Shown here: in pieces, positions 35,764-44,882 of the stretch
How positions within the stretch are numbered: position 1 is the stretch's first letter
Layout: each line of letters opens with the position of its first letter
Source: a virus
IMG/VR virus record: IMGVR_UViG_3300043395_003072
Coordinates: 1-64,000 of that record
Strand: one strand, 5' to 3'
DNA: 64,000 bases
The notes under the pieces: model-generated
Told to the model about the DNA's origin: nothing
Databases searched by the model: none
The model's input: the letters and a program-made list of their open reading frames with translations, nothing else
Translations under genes and position numbers: made by a program

Positions 35764-36843
35764 ATGGCTATTAAGAAGCTTACTGGTATACCCGAAATAG
35801 ATATGATTGCTTCTTCCCTTGCAAAGAAATTTGGCAAGGAAGATATCATGTCTGTTGGTCCTAAATATGAGAAGGTAAAAACTATCTCTACTGGCTCTAT
35901 TAGTTTAGATGCCGCTCTTGGTGTAGGTGGGCTTCCCAGCGATAGAGTTGTAGAAATCTTCGGCCCACCATCTGCAGGTAAAACTAGCTTATGCTTGCAA
36001 GTAGTAAAGAACTATATCAATGCTCACGGCTACACTAGGATGCCTGTGTATATCGATCTAGAACGTACTACAGGGCTTGATCTTGTTACTAGTATGGGTA
36101 TCGATGCAGGTAAGATGTTATTCTGCTATCCAGATACTGCAGAGGAAGCTTTACAGCTTGCTCAAGATCTAGGCAAGACTGGCAAAGTAGGTATCATTAT
36201 CTTTGACTCTATTGACGCAGCTCAATCAGAGCGAGATACTAAGCGCTTAATGAATGAGATGGGCGTAGGTGATCTTCCAAGATTACTATCAAAAGCTCTC
36301 CGTGCTATCTCTAAGATTAGCGTAGACAGTGATTGTCTTTACTTGTTTATTAACCAAGTACGCATGAATATTGGAGTTATGTATGGAAATCCAGAGACAA
36401 CGAGTGGGGGTAACGCTATTCCATTCTATGCTTCTGTTAGGCTTAGAGTAAGCAGCAAACCTTCTTCTGATACAGAAGGTGCTCTTACTATGAAGGTTAA
36501 AGTAGTAAAGAATAAAGTTGCGCCCGCTCTTAACAAGGAAGCTATCTTTGAATTCATTGCAGGTAAAGGTACTGAGACTTATGCTGACTTAGTATCTTAT
36601 GCAAAGGATATTGGATTGCTTCGTTTTGCTGGCTCTGCAGTTAAATGGTTTAATCCAGATAATGGCGAAGAAGAAACACTATGCTCTGGTGGTAAAGCCG
36701 GCGCTGTAAGTTTCTTCAAGTCTAACAATGACAAGTACTTAGCTTTTAAAGCTTTATGTTTATCTAAAACAACACCAACTGTTACCGAGGCTACTGAAGA
36801 TGACAGCTCAGATAGTGAAGACCTCTCACACGATCAGGTTTAA
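35764..36843 (+). CDS. recA: recombinase A
   Basis: STGSISLDAALGVGGLP, GPPSAGKT, FINQVR, GNPETTSGGNA..FYASVRL, VVKNKVAP. Confidence 0.96.
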   Translation: MAIKKLTGIPEIDMIASSLAKKFGKEDIMSVGPKYEKVKTISTGSISLDAALGVGGLPSDRVVEIFGPPSAGKTSLCLQVVKNYINAHGYTRMPVYIDLERTTGLDLVTSMGIDAGKMLFCYPDTAEEALQLAQDLGKTGKVGIIIFDSIDAAQSERDTKRLMNEMGVGDLPRLLSKALRAISKISVDSDCLYLFINQVRMNIGVMYGNPETTSGGNAIPFYASVRLRVSSKPSSDTEGALTMKVKVVKNKVAPALNKEAIFEFIAGKGTETYADLVSYAKDIGLLRFAGSAVKWFNPDNGEEETLCSGGKAGAVSFFKSNNDKYLAFKALCLSKTTPTVTEATEDDSSDSEDLSHDQV

Positions 36844-37108
36844 AGAATCGTGGGATGAGGTATCTAATAAAGTCTATGATATCTTACATCTACTTCCATG
36901 GAATAAGGATCATGTAGACTTCTTAACTTATATTACTAAAGAATATTCTAAAGGTCTTGATGACTTTTATAAAGAGAATATCTTTATCTGTCCCCGCTGT
37001 GAAGAAAAATCTATTTTAGGAAGAATGTGTCCTGCTCATAAGCATGCAGTGTGCATTGCTCCTAAAGTAGAACTAGACTATTGTGATGACGAAGAAGATG
37101 AGTTGTGA
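36800..37108 (+). CDS. hypothetical Cys-containing protein
   Basis: CPRC...CPAH. Confidence 0.5.
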   Translation: MTAQIVKTSHTIRFKESWDEVSNKVYDILHLLPWNKDHVDFLTYITKEYSKGLDDFYKENIFICPRCEEKSILGRMCPAHKHAVCIAPKVELDYCDDEEDEL

Positions 37109-38405
37109 ACATAATCATGAAGTGGCTTGTAATCATTGCGAGAAGCAATTTGTACACTTGCATGTGCATACAGAATACTCGCTTCTTGATGGAATTAATA
37201 AGGTAGATAGGCTCCCTAAGCATGTAAAAGCTATGAATCAACCTGCTGTTAGTCAAACAGATCATGGTACGATTTCTGGTTGTTACAAGTTTTACAAGGA
37301 GGCTAAAAAAGCTGGCGTTAAACCAATCATAGGCATGGAAGCTTATTATACGGTTGGTGATAGAGCTGCAAGAGAGCCAGATGAAATGGGTAAGAACTAT
37401 TATCATCTTATTCTCTTAGCTCAAAATAACGTCGGGCTACATAACCTTATTAAGCTATCATCTTACTCCTATACAGAAGGTATGTATCATAAACCTCGCA
37501 TTGATGATGAGTTGATTGCTCAATACTCAGAAGGCTTAATTGCTACTACTACTTGTCTTGGCAGTAGAGCTTCTCAGTTGATTCTAAACGGAGAAGTTAA
37601 AGCCGCAGAGAAATTGATACATCATCACAAGGCTATGTTCAAAGACAGGTTCCTTGTCGAGCTACAACCTCATGTAGATCCTGAACAGATGCTAGTAAAC
37701 AAGACCCTGCTTCAGATCGCTACTTCTAATGATCTTCCTATGGTTATTACTGGTGACTGCCATTACCAGCATGACCACGATAAGATGCACCATGAAGCTG
37801 CGCTTTGTATGCAAACTAAAACTAAACTATCCGATGAGAAGAGATTCTCTTTTGGAGAGCTAGAAGTACATGTATCTGATCATGATTGGATGTGGGCTAA
37901 AGCAGAAGCTCAAGGACTTCCTTATGATGTAATATCTAATACTGTATCTGTTGCTAATATGATAGATAGTGATTCTTACTTCATGGATCGAATGAATCGC
38001 TATCCTAAATATCAAGAGATTCCAGATAACCTTAGATCATTTGAGCTATTAGAAATAGAAGCTCAACATGGTTTATGGGCTAGGTTTAATAGTATGCCGC
38101 CTCAAGAATACAGAGACAGGCTTGCTCATGAACTCAAAGCTATTAAGAAGATGGGCTTTTCAGATTACATGCTAATCGTTGCTCAATTTATGAATGGCGC
38201 AAGAGATTATGGAGTGATGCATGGCCCTGGTCGAGGTTCCGCAGCTGGCAGTCTAGTTGCCTATGCTCTAAGAATTACAGAAGTCGATCCTATTAAATAC
38301 AACTTGGTGTTCTCTCGCTTTCTAAATGAAGGTCGCGGAGCTACACCCTTAATCTTTAACCATGAGATGGCTGCTATTGCAGACAGCCACCGACTACCTT
38401 TTTAA
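37083..38405 (+). CDS. dnaE: DNA polymerase III alpha, fragment 1 (PHP domain to GRGS/FLN motif)
   Basis: HLHVHTEYSLLDG, TDHG, KPRID, DCHY, GPGRGSAAGSLVAY, FSRFLN; ends before the catalytic DID. Confidence 0.93.
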   Translation: MMTKKMSCEHNHEVACNHCEKQFVHLHVHTEYSLLDGINKVDRLPKHVKAMNQPAVSQTDHGTISGCYKFYKEAKKAGVKPIIGMEAYYTVGDRAAREPDEMGKNYYHLILLAQNNVGLHNLIKLSSYSYTEGMYHKPRIDDELIAQYSEGLIATTTCLGSRASQLILNGEVKAAEKLIHHHKAMFKDRFLVELQPHVDPEQMLVNKTLLQIATSNDLPMVITGDCHYQHDHDKMHHEAALCMQTKTKLSDEKRFSFGELEVHVSDHDWMWAKAEAQGLPYDVISNTVSVANMIDSDSYFMDRMNRYPKYQEIPDNLRSFELLEIEAQHGLWARFNSMPPQEYRDRLAHELKAIKKMGFSDYMLIVAQFMNGARDYGVMHGPGRGSAAGSLVAYALRITEVDPIKYNLVFSRFLNEGRGATPLIFNHEMAAIADSHRLPF

Positions 38406-38416
38406 GGATAATTACA

Positions 38417-38587
38417 ATGACTACTATTTATGCGATTCAGAATAAAACAAACAATAACTTTGTTCCTGTAAACGGCACTATGTTTTTCTCAAAGCGTAGT
38501 GATGCTCGTGCAGCTCGTGCAAACCTTCAGGGAAATGATTATCGAATTGTTACTACTACTGTTACCGATTGGAAGACAGCTAAGTAA
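38417..38587 (+). CDS. 56-aa basic protein between dnaE fragments
   Basis: AAGGA RBS; MTTIYAIQNK...KRSDARAARA. Confidence 0.6.
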   Translation: MTTIYAIQNKTNNNFVPVNGTMFFSKRSDARAARANLQGNDYRIVTTTVTDWKTAK

Positions 38588-38656
38588 CTAACACCCACCT
38601 TTACAGTGGGCGCATCTCTTTAACATCCATCTCTTATAGGTTATGATGCTTCTCAT

Positions 38657-40252
38657 ATGCTCTCCAAAGATATATGTTTAAAATATATAGATACTAAAGT
38701 TATTGAAGAAAGATTAGATCAAATAGATCCTGACTTTCTAGAATATGAAGTAAAGATGATATCTCGAGAAGATATTAATCGAATACATAATGTACTAGTA
38801 GTTCAAGATTTTAAATTTGAAGAAAATCCTCATAACAGTATCTTGCTTTATATTACTGGGTTAACCGATCAATTTGATTTTGAAGCTATGAGATCGAATA
38901 TGATTGGTGGTGCACCCCCGGATATCGATATAGATCACGATGCGCTAGAGCGTGAGAAAGCTATTCAATGGTGTATTGATTATTGGGGGCGAGAAAAAGT
39001 CGCCAATATTATTACTCATGGAACTTTTAAACCTAAAAGTCTAGCTAGATCTTATTATCGTATTACTGAGAAGGATCAAGAAGATTTAACAGAACTTCTT
39101 AAAATGATTCCGCCTCCTAAGTATGGCAAGGAAGCCTCTCTCTCAGAAATACTAGAACAAAACCCAAATCTATCCGAAGAAGAGAAGTATAAAACCTTTC
39201 TTGAATTTGCAGATAGAATAGAAGACATGGTTGCAAACTTTGGTATTCATGCGGCTGGCGTAATTATTTCTGACAAAGAAATCTCAGATACTATTCCTAT
39301 CTGGAAGAATTCTAAAGCAGATAGAATTACTCAGTTTGATAAAGACGAATGCGAAGAGCTTGGGTTGCTCAAGTTCGACTTCCTCGGTATCGATACTATC
39401 TCTATTATCAAAGAGTGCGTTTCGCTTATCAAGAGAGACAAGGGTGTAGAAATACAGCCTTACTCTATCCCAGATGGCGATACTCTAGCTTATGAGAAAC
39501 TAAACGAAGGGCATCTTGTTGGTGTGTTTCAAATGGAGACCTCTGGTACTGCCAAGAGGTTAATCATGGATATTCAACCAACTAGCATTGAGGACCTTAG
39601 TGCTATTAGTGCCATTAATCGCCCTGGACCGTTACAAGCTAATCTTGATAAAACCTATATAGCTAACAAACTAAACAAAGCTCCACCAGATACGCTTCCT
39701 GCTCAAGTAGCTGAGATACTCAAAGCTTCATACTGGACCTTGATATATCAGGAGCAGATTATGTCTTTGTTTACTGAGCTTGCAGGGTTTACACCTCAAG
39801 AGGCAGATGAAGTACGTCGAGCTATGGGTAAGAAAAAGCTAGAAGTATTAGAGCCTTACAAAGATAAGTTTATTATAAAGTCCCAAGAAATTGGAGGCTT
39901 GCTCGCTGAATATGCTCAATCTTTATGGTCTGATATATTAGGTTTTGCAGATTACTGTTTAGCTGGAAATACTCAAGTTAAGATTAAACAAACTCCTTAT
40001 GTAAAAACTATTGCAGATATAGTAGATGACCAAATATCACCTACTGTTTTCTCTTATAATGGCTCTGAATTTATAAGACAGAGGGTTGAACAATGGCATT
40101 ATAAGGGAGTAAAACAAACTTACACTTATCTTTGCGAAAACGGAGCGTCAGTTACTTGCACTCCAGATCATAAATTCCTTACAATAGATAATAAATTTAA
40201 ATCTATTGATGAAATTTATACTAATAACTTAGAGATATACACCATAGAATAA
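38657..40252 (+). CDS. dnaE: DNA polymerase III alpha, fragment 2 (catalytic core) fused to split intein N-half
   Basis: PDIDID, GIHAAGVII, GLLKFDFLG, GVFQME, RPGP, YQEQIM, RRAMGKK, FADY|CL. Confidence 0.95.
   Translation: MLSKDICLKYIDTKVIEERLDQIDPDFLEYEVKMISREDINRIHNVLVVQDFKFEENPHNSILLYITGLTDQFDFEAMRSNMIGGAPPDIDIDHDALEREKAIQWCIDYWGREKVANIITHGTFKPKSLARSYYRITEKDQEDLTELLKMIPPPKYGKEASLSEILEQNPNLSEEEKYKTFLEFADRIEDMVANFGIHAAGVIISDKEISDTIPIWKNSKADRITQFDKDECEELGLLKFDFLGIDTISIIKECVSLIKRDKGVEIQPYSIPDGDTLAYEKLNEGHLVGVFQMETSGTAKRLIMDIQPTSIEDLSAISAINRPGPLQANLDKTYIANKLNKAPPDTLPAQVAEILKASYWTLIYQEQIMSLFTELAGFTPQEADEVRRAMGKKKLEVLEPYKDKFIIKSQEIGGLLAEYAQSLWSDILGFADYCLAGNTQVKIKQTPYVKTIADIVDDQISPTVFSYNGSEFIRQRVEQWHYKGVKQTYTYLCENGASVTCTPDHKFLTIDNKFKSIDEIYTNNLEIYTIE
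39956..40249 (+). mobile_element. split intein N-half (98 aa)
   Basis: Block A CLAGNTQV; block B CTPDHKFLT; ends at stop with no C-terminal Asn. Confidence 0.93.
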
Positions 40253-40263
40253 GGAACAATTAC

Positions 40264-40629
40264 ATGGCTACTCATGCAAATAACTCACTACGGGGTGTAC
40301 TTATTACAAGCTCTGTAGTCAATGTAGATGTAGATAATAATACTACTCTTGGTGAAGCTGAAGTAAGAACCTTGCTCCCCGTAGAACATGATCTTACTCC
40401 ACAAATAAACGGCTTTACTACTGAGTTCGTGCTTAATCCAGCTATTGGTCAAGGTACGGAACAATTCGTAGAGGTTTATTTAGATGGCCAAAGGCTTAAT
40501 AGAAGTTTTACTTCTGGTGGAGCAGACTACTATTTAAATCCAAATAGAGTTAGATTATTGTTATCTACTGATTTCTTATTAAACCAAAACTCAGTACTGA
40601 TTATTAAATATATCGAAGCTGCAGAATAA
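40264..40629 (+). CDS. virion structural protein (beta-rich)
   Basis: VYLDGQRL...DY motif; paralog of 49921..50214. Confidence 0.55.
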   Translation: MATHANNSLRGVLITSSVVNVDVDNNTTLGEAEVRTLLPVEHDLTPQINGFTTEFVLNPAIGQGTEQFVEVYLDGQRLNRSFTSGGADYYLNPNRVRLLLSTDFLLNQNSVLIIKYIEAAE

Positions 40630-40640
40630 AGGAGTCAACT

Positions 40641-43600
40641 ATGACAATAAACAGAAGAACTAAATTTAGACCTGGCTCCTTAGATGCTTCAATTGTAAAA
40701 GATAATACTGGACTTCTTATTGAAGAAGATACTGGCAAATTATCTGCCCAGCCTTTAGTTGATGAGGACCTTGTACTTCATCAACGAATAAATGATTTAT
40801 ATTGGAAAGACCCATTAGAGGTCTTTGACGATATTACCGCACCTGAAGATTATAGAGTTGGCGATACCTTTTATATAAAAGAAGCTCAACAAATATATAT
40901 CTATGGCGGAGTTCAAATTACTATCCCTGAAGGTGTTGATGTTTATCAACCACAGGCATGGATAGATGCTAATAGGCAAGAGGTTTTCTTTCCTATAGCT
41001 GTTGGTTTGGACAAAGACTCCCTTGCTACAAAAGCTTATGTTAACTCAGAGATATTGAATCTAATTGATAGCGCGCCTCAGTTACTCGATACTTTGAATG
41101 AGCTTGCTGCTGCAATTAATGATAATCCAAACTTTGCTACTGATATATTAAATATCACTACAAGTCTTCAAAACAGCAAAGCCGATAAAACATCCGTCTA
41201 TACTAAGACAGAGGTCGATAATAAAGACGATGCTATCTATGATTACGTAGATACTTTAAATGCTCAAGCTAGAAGAGTGCCTGACTATGTTGTTGGTGCT
41301 GGCGCTTATGCAGACGACAATAATATTCAAGAACTTTTAAATGCTATTGATCTCACTGAGCTTTCTGAATTTAAAACGATTTATCTTAGAAAAGGCACTG
41401 AGTTTCCAGTAGTAACAAATATACTTGCTCCTTCTTTAGTCTTTACTTCTTTTGATAAAAATATAATTAAACTAAATCAGATAAATATAAACACTCAAGA
41501 AGCTTTAGAAGATTCTCCTAGCATTATCAGCTTTAGTAATATTTCTGCTAATAAATTAACCATAGCTTCAACAACTGCTCAAGTAGAAGTATTTATAAAG
41601 TCATGTCAGTTTGATAGAATTGATATTCTTTCTTCAAATGCAATTGTACATATAGAAGATTCTCTTCTAAACAAAGTTATAGTAAATAACTCTGTATTAC
41701 ATATTAAAAACTCTATATTGGATTCCTTAGATAATATTGAGCTTTTAAATATTGCTGGCTCAAGTAAAGTAAATATCTTTACTTCCAAGCTAAGAGGTCA
41801 GACATTTATCGCTGATACTGCAAAGCTTTATTTAAATAAGAATGAGCTCTTTAATATAGAAAACAATCCTTATTTAATTGTTAATTCTCTTACGAGTCTT
41901 TTGAGTCTAGAAAACAATAGCTTTTTCTCTGACTCTAGTTTCGCTACTTACCACGTAGATGGTATTGGTCAGCTTTATGCTAACTTAAATAACTATGATC
42001 GTAGACTAAATCCCGCATTAGATTCTGATAGCTCTTATACTACTAAAATAACTGTACAACCATTATTAAATAATGGAGCTGGGCTTCCTGTACAAAACTA
42101 CTACCTTCCAGTAGGGTACGGTGATTTCTTTTATAATGACGAAAGAGCCAGGGATACTATTGCAGAAATGCTTCAAGTTCAACCTGGCATAGTCAAAAAC
42201 TACGACGATATAAATAATACGCTCACTCTCAGCTTAAACATCAGTACTGCAAATCTTAGTGACGAAGCTAGCATTGCTTATAAAGATAGAGTCAATAGTT
42301 TTACTAAAGCTAATACTTTTGCAGCTACGCTTACAGCGAATGCTGGAATTTATACTAACTCTATTAGCGCTTCTTTTGGCACTATCAGTAATCTAAAAAG
42401 TACAACAGCTTCTTTAAGCGACAACTCCAATAAAGTAGCCACTACAGCTTTTGTACAAGCCAAATATGCTCAATTAGAATTTGATCTTCAAGATCTTGAA
42501 CTCAATGAGTTGAAAGATGTTGATATTATAAGTCCTCAAGAAAAACATTACTTGACTTATATTCCTACATCTACTTTAACCGGAATTACTATAAATGCTC
42601 ATTGGGCTAACCGAAGTATAGATTCTTTTGATTTAACAGATAGTGGAACTCTCGTTAGAGTTGGAAATTCTGTATTTGTTTTAGCAGATATAGGTCGTCC
42701 AGCTTTGTTAGATCAAAGTGGCGCTGCCGTTGGACCAATGGATGCTTGGCCCTCTACTTCTCAGATCCTAAGATGGAGTGGTCAACAATACGATATTGCC
42801 GGAACTTTAACTAAAGGATCTGGCCAGTGGATATCTGATTTTGCTAATAATCCAATATTAAGAGCTACGGAAGAACCTCTAGGTGCTGCTGGTTACGATG
42901 GTTGGGGTAAAATAGCCTTAGCTGATTTTGAGGAAGTTAGAGATGGTTCTAACTCTACTAAAGCTGTAGTACCCAGCTTACTACACACTTACTATGCTAG
43001 TGTTACTTTATCTAATTTAGATTCTACTCAAGTAAGATTGGCTAGAGAAAATATTGGCTTTCCAAATAGTCCTCAAGATTCTACTTACTTAGTATACTCT
43101 GCTGATGATAACGCATGGGTTACTACTAAAACTGCAAGGCCTAGCTATCTACATGTAAGCGCAGATGTAAATCAAACCATATATCCTGGTTTATTTTACT
43201 CAAGCGCATCTGCTTCTACTTTAATGACTTTAACTTTACCTAATGACTCTTCTGGCGATATCTTTTTTAGAAAAGCTGACGATAATACTAAAACTGTAAG
43301 ATTTGTTGTAAAAAATAATAGTTTCCCAATAATTACTTCAGATAATGTAGTGCTCACTACTTTTGATGTTACATCTCAAGGGCAAACTATTGAGTTTTCT
43401 AAAGTAGAAATAGAAGGCTCTCCTTATTGGTTAGCTAAGGGTTACTATCAATCATCTACTACTGGCGCGATTGATAAAGAGTTCATACAAGATGCGGCCG
43501 CTGAGTTGTTCACACAGAACTCTCATGCCCCTGCGATATCTCTCACCTATCAAGATTCTGACCATAGAATAGATCTTGCTCTTAATTATGCAACCAATGC

Positions 43601-44384
43601 TCAAGTTCTAGCTGGCGTAGTAAACAATCTTCCTGTTACACCAGCTGGTGTAAAAGCAGCCTTAGATGCAAATGTCCCTCAAGGTGTTTTGTTTTCAGCA
43701 AACAATTTAAATGATTTAAATAATAAAGCTACTTCAAGAACCAATCTTGGTTTAAAAACAGCAGCTATATATGATGTTGGCTTTACAATAGATACTTTGC
43801 CTAAAAATGCTCAATCTCTTGCCGTTAATAAACTTATTGCTTACAATGGAACAGGTTTAGTTTCTGCTTCTGGCGATATATTAACCTCACTCGAAGCCAA
43901 TTCAACTACACCTGGACTTGCTACATTAGCAGATCCTTCACAACCACTAGCTGATCCAACAGCCCCTTCTGTAGCCAATACTGTAGTAACTTTAAGTTAT
44001 TTAAGCCAAATACTTAATAATTCAAATAGCTGGCTTACTGTTTTATTAAATCAAGTAGTTGAGGGGGAATCTACTGGTAACGGAGCCGGAGCTTTAACTT
44101 ATACTCCAATGACTGAAACAACTTTTGTTGCAGACTACTTAAAGTATTACAGCCTTTCTACTTCCCTCAGCTCTATAGTAATTACTCTTCCTGCAATAAC
44201 TTCTTTAAACTTAGGTAAAAGGATAGAGTTTAAGCTTGCTTCCAATACTGCTCCTAGAAAAGTAACAATACTTACTTCTGGATCAGATACTATTGATCAT
44301 GTGTACACTGAAATAGAACTCGTAGAACAAGGACAGCATATAGCTCTCATACCTGGCATATCAAATAACTGGGAGATCGCATAA
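40641..44384 (+). CDS. long tail fibre / receptor-binding protein
   Basis: APQLLDTLNELAAAINDNPNFAT, KVATTAFV, LNELKDV, NNLNDL..KATSRTNLG fibre motifs; beta-helix-like segment. Confidence 0.8.
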   Translation: MTINRRTKFRPGSLDASIVKDNTGLLIEEDTGKLSAQPLVDEDLVLHQRINDLYWKDPLEVFDDITAPEDYRVGDTFYIKEAQQIYIYGGVQITIPEGVDVYQPQAWIDANRQEVFFPIAVGLDKDSLATKAYVNSEILNLIDSAPQLLDTLNELAAAINDNPNFATDILNITTSLQNSKADKTSVYTKTEVDNKDDAIYDYVDTLNAQARRVPDYVVGAGAYADDNNIQELLNAIDLTELSEFKTIYLRKGTEFPVVTNILAPSLVFTSFDKNIIKLNQININTQEALEDSPSIISFSNISANKLTIASTTAQVEVFIKSCQFDRIDILSSNAIVHIEDSLLNKVIVNNSVLHIKNSILDSLDNIELLNIAGSSKVNIFTSKLRGQTFIADTAKLYLNKNELFNIENNPYLIVNSLTSLLSLENNSFFSDSSFATYHVDGIGQLYANLNNYDRRLNPALDSDSSYTTKITVQPLLNNGAGLPVQNYYLPVGYGDFFYNDERARDTIAEMLQVQPGIVKNYDDINNTLTLSLNISTANLSDEASIAYKDRVNSFTKANTFAATLTANAGIYTNSISASFGTISNLKSTTASLSDNSNKVATTAFVQAKYAQLEFDLQDLELNELKDVDIISPQEKHYLTYIPTSTLTGITINAHWANRSIDSFDLTDSGTLVRVGNSVFVLADIGRPALLDQSGAAVGPMDAWPSTSQILRWSGQQYDIAGTLTKGSGQWISDFANNPILRATEEPLGAAGYDGWGKIALADFEEVRDGSNSTKAVVPSLLHTYYASVTLSNLDSTQVRLARENIGFPNSPQDSTYLVYSADDNAWVTTKTARPSYLHVSADVNQTIYPGLFYSSASASTLMTLTLPNDSSGDIFFRKADDNTKTVRFVVKNNSFPIITSDNVVLTTFDVTSQGQTIEFSKVEIEGSPYWLAKGYYQSSTTGAIDKEFIQDAAAELFTQNSHAPAISLTYQDSDHRIDLALNYATNAQVLAGVVNNLPVTPAGVKAALDANVPQGVLFSANNLNDLNNKATSRTNLGLKTAAIYDVGFTIDTLPKNAQSLAVNKLIAYNGTGLVSASGDILTSLEANSTTPGLATLADPSQPLADPTAPSVANTVVTLSYLSQILNNSNSWLTVLLNQVVEGESTGNGAGALTYTPMTETTFVADYLKYYSLSTSLSSIVITLPAITSLNLGKRIEFKLASNTAPRKVTILTSGSDTIDHVYTEIELVEQGQHIALIPGISNNWEIA

Positions 44385-44875
44385 TGGCTTATAAAATAAC
44401 TAATGTTAATGGCGATAGAGGTCCTAATATAGTATTACAAACCACTCAGATACCTGAGGGTTCTAATCTTTACTTTACTGAACAAAGAGGCTTTGATGCT
44501 TCTCTTTTAAATAGAACTCAAAATCCTACTTATTTAGACAAGCATTTTTATACTATTGGAGCTTTAGAACAAAAAGTTGGAGATCTTTATTGGCATATTA
44601 TAAATCCAATCAAGATTGTCCAAGTATTTGCTAAAGTAAAAATTCCATCAGCTGGTAATAGTATTGCACTTTATGTACAAAAAAACGGTGGAAATTCTCC
44701 AGATAAACTACTATATGATATAACGATTAATCCTGGAGCTCTTTCTGCTACCGTTGGTGGCGACAAGATATTGCAGCCTGGAGACTATATTCAAATAGAT
44801 GTAGCTTCTATAGGTACAGTAAGTCCTGGTGCAGATTTAACTCTATCATTCAAATACCATAACATTCTATCTTGA
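44384..44875 (+). CDS. tail-fibre-associated protein
   Basis: IPEGSNLYFT; GDYIQIDVASIGTVSPGADL. Confidence 0.6.
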   Translation: MAYKITNVNGDRGPNIVLQTTQIPEGSNLYFTEQRGFDASLLNRTQNPTYLDKHFYTIGALEQKVGDLYWHIINPIKIVQVFAKVKIPSAGNSIALYVQKNGGNSPDKLLYDITINPGALSATVGGDKILQPGDYIQIDVASIGTVSPGADLTLSFKYHNILS

Positions 44876-44882
44876 GGTCATT

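Noticed and set aside
38334-38915. Group I intron, intein or ribosomal bypass joining dnaE fragments 1 and 2
   Set aside because: No intein blocks, no intron core or endonuclease recognisable by eye, and the gap is about 570 nt holding its own RBS-led gene and a long DnaE-like open frame. RT-PCR is needed to exclude splicing fully.
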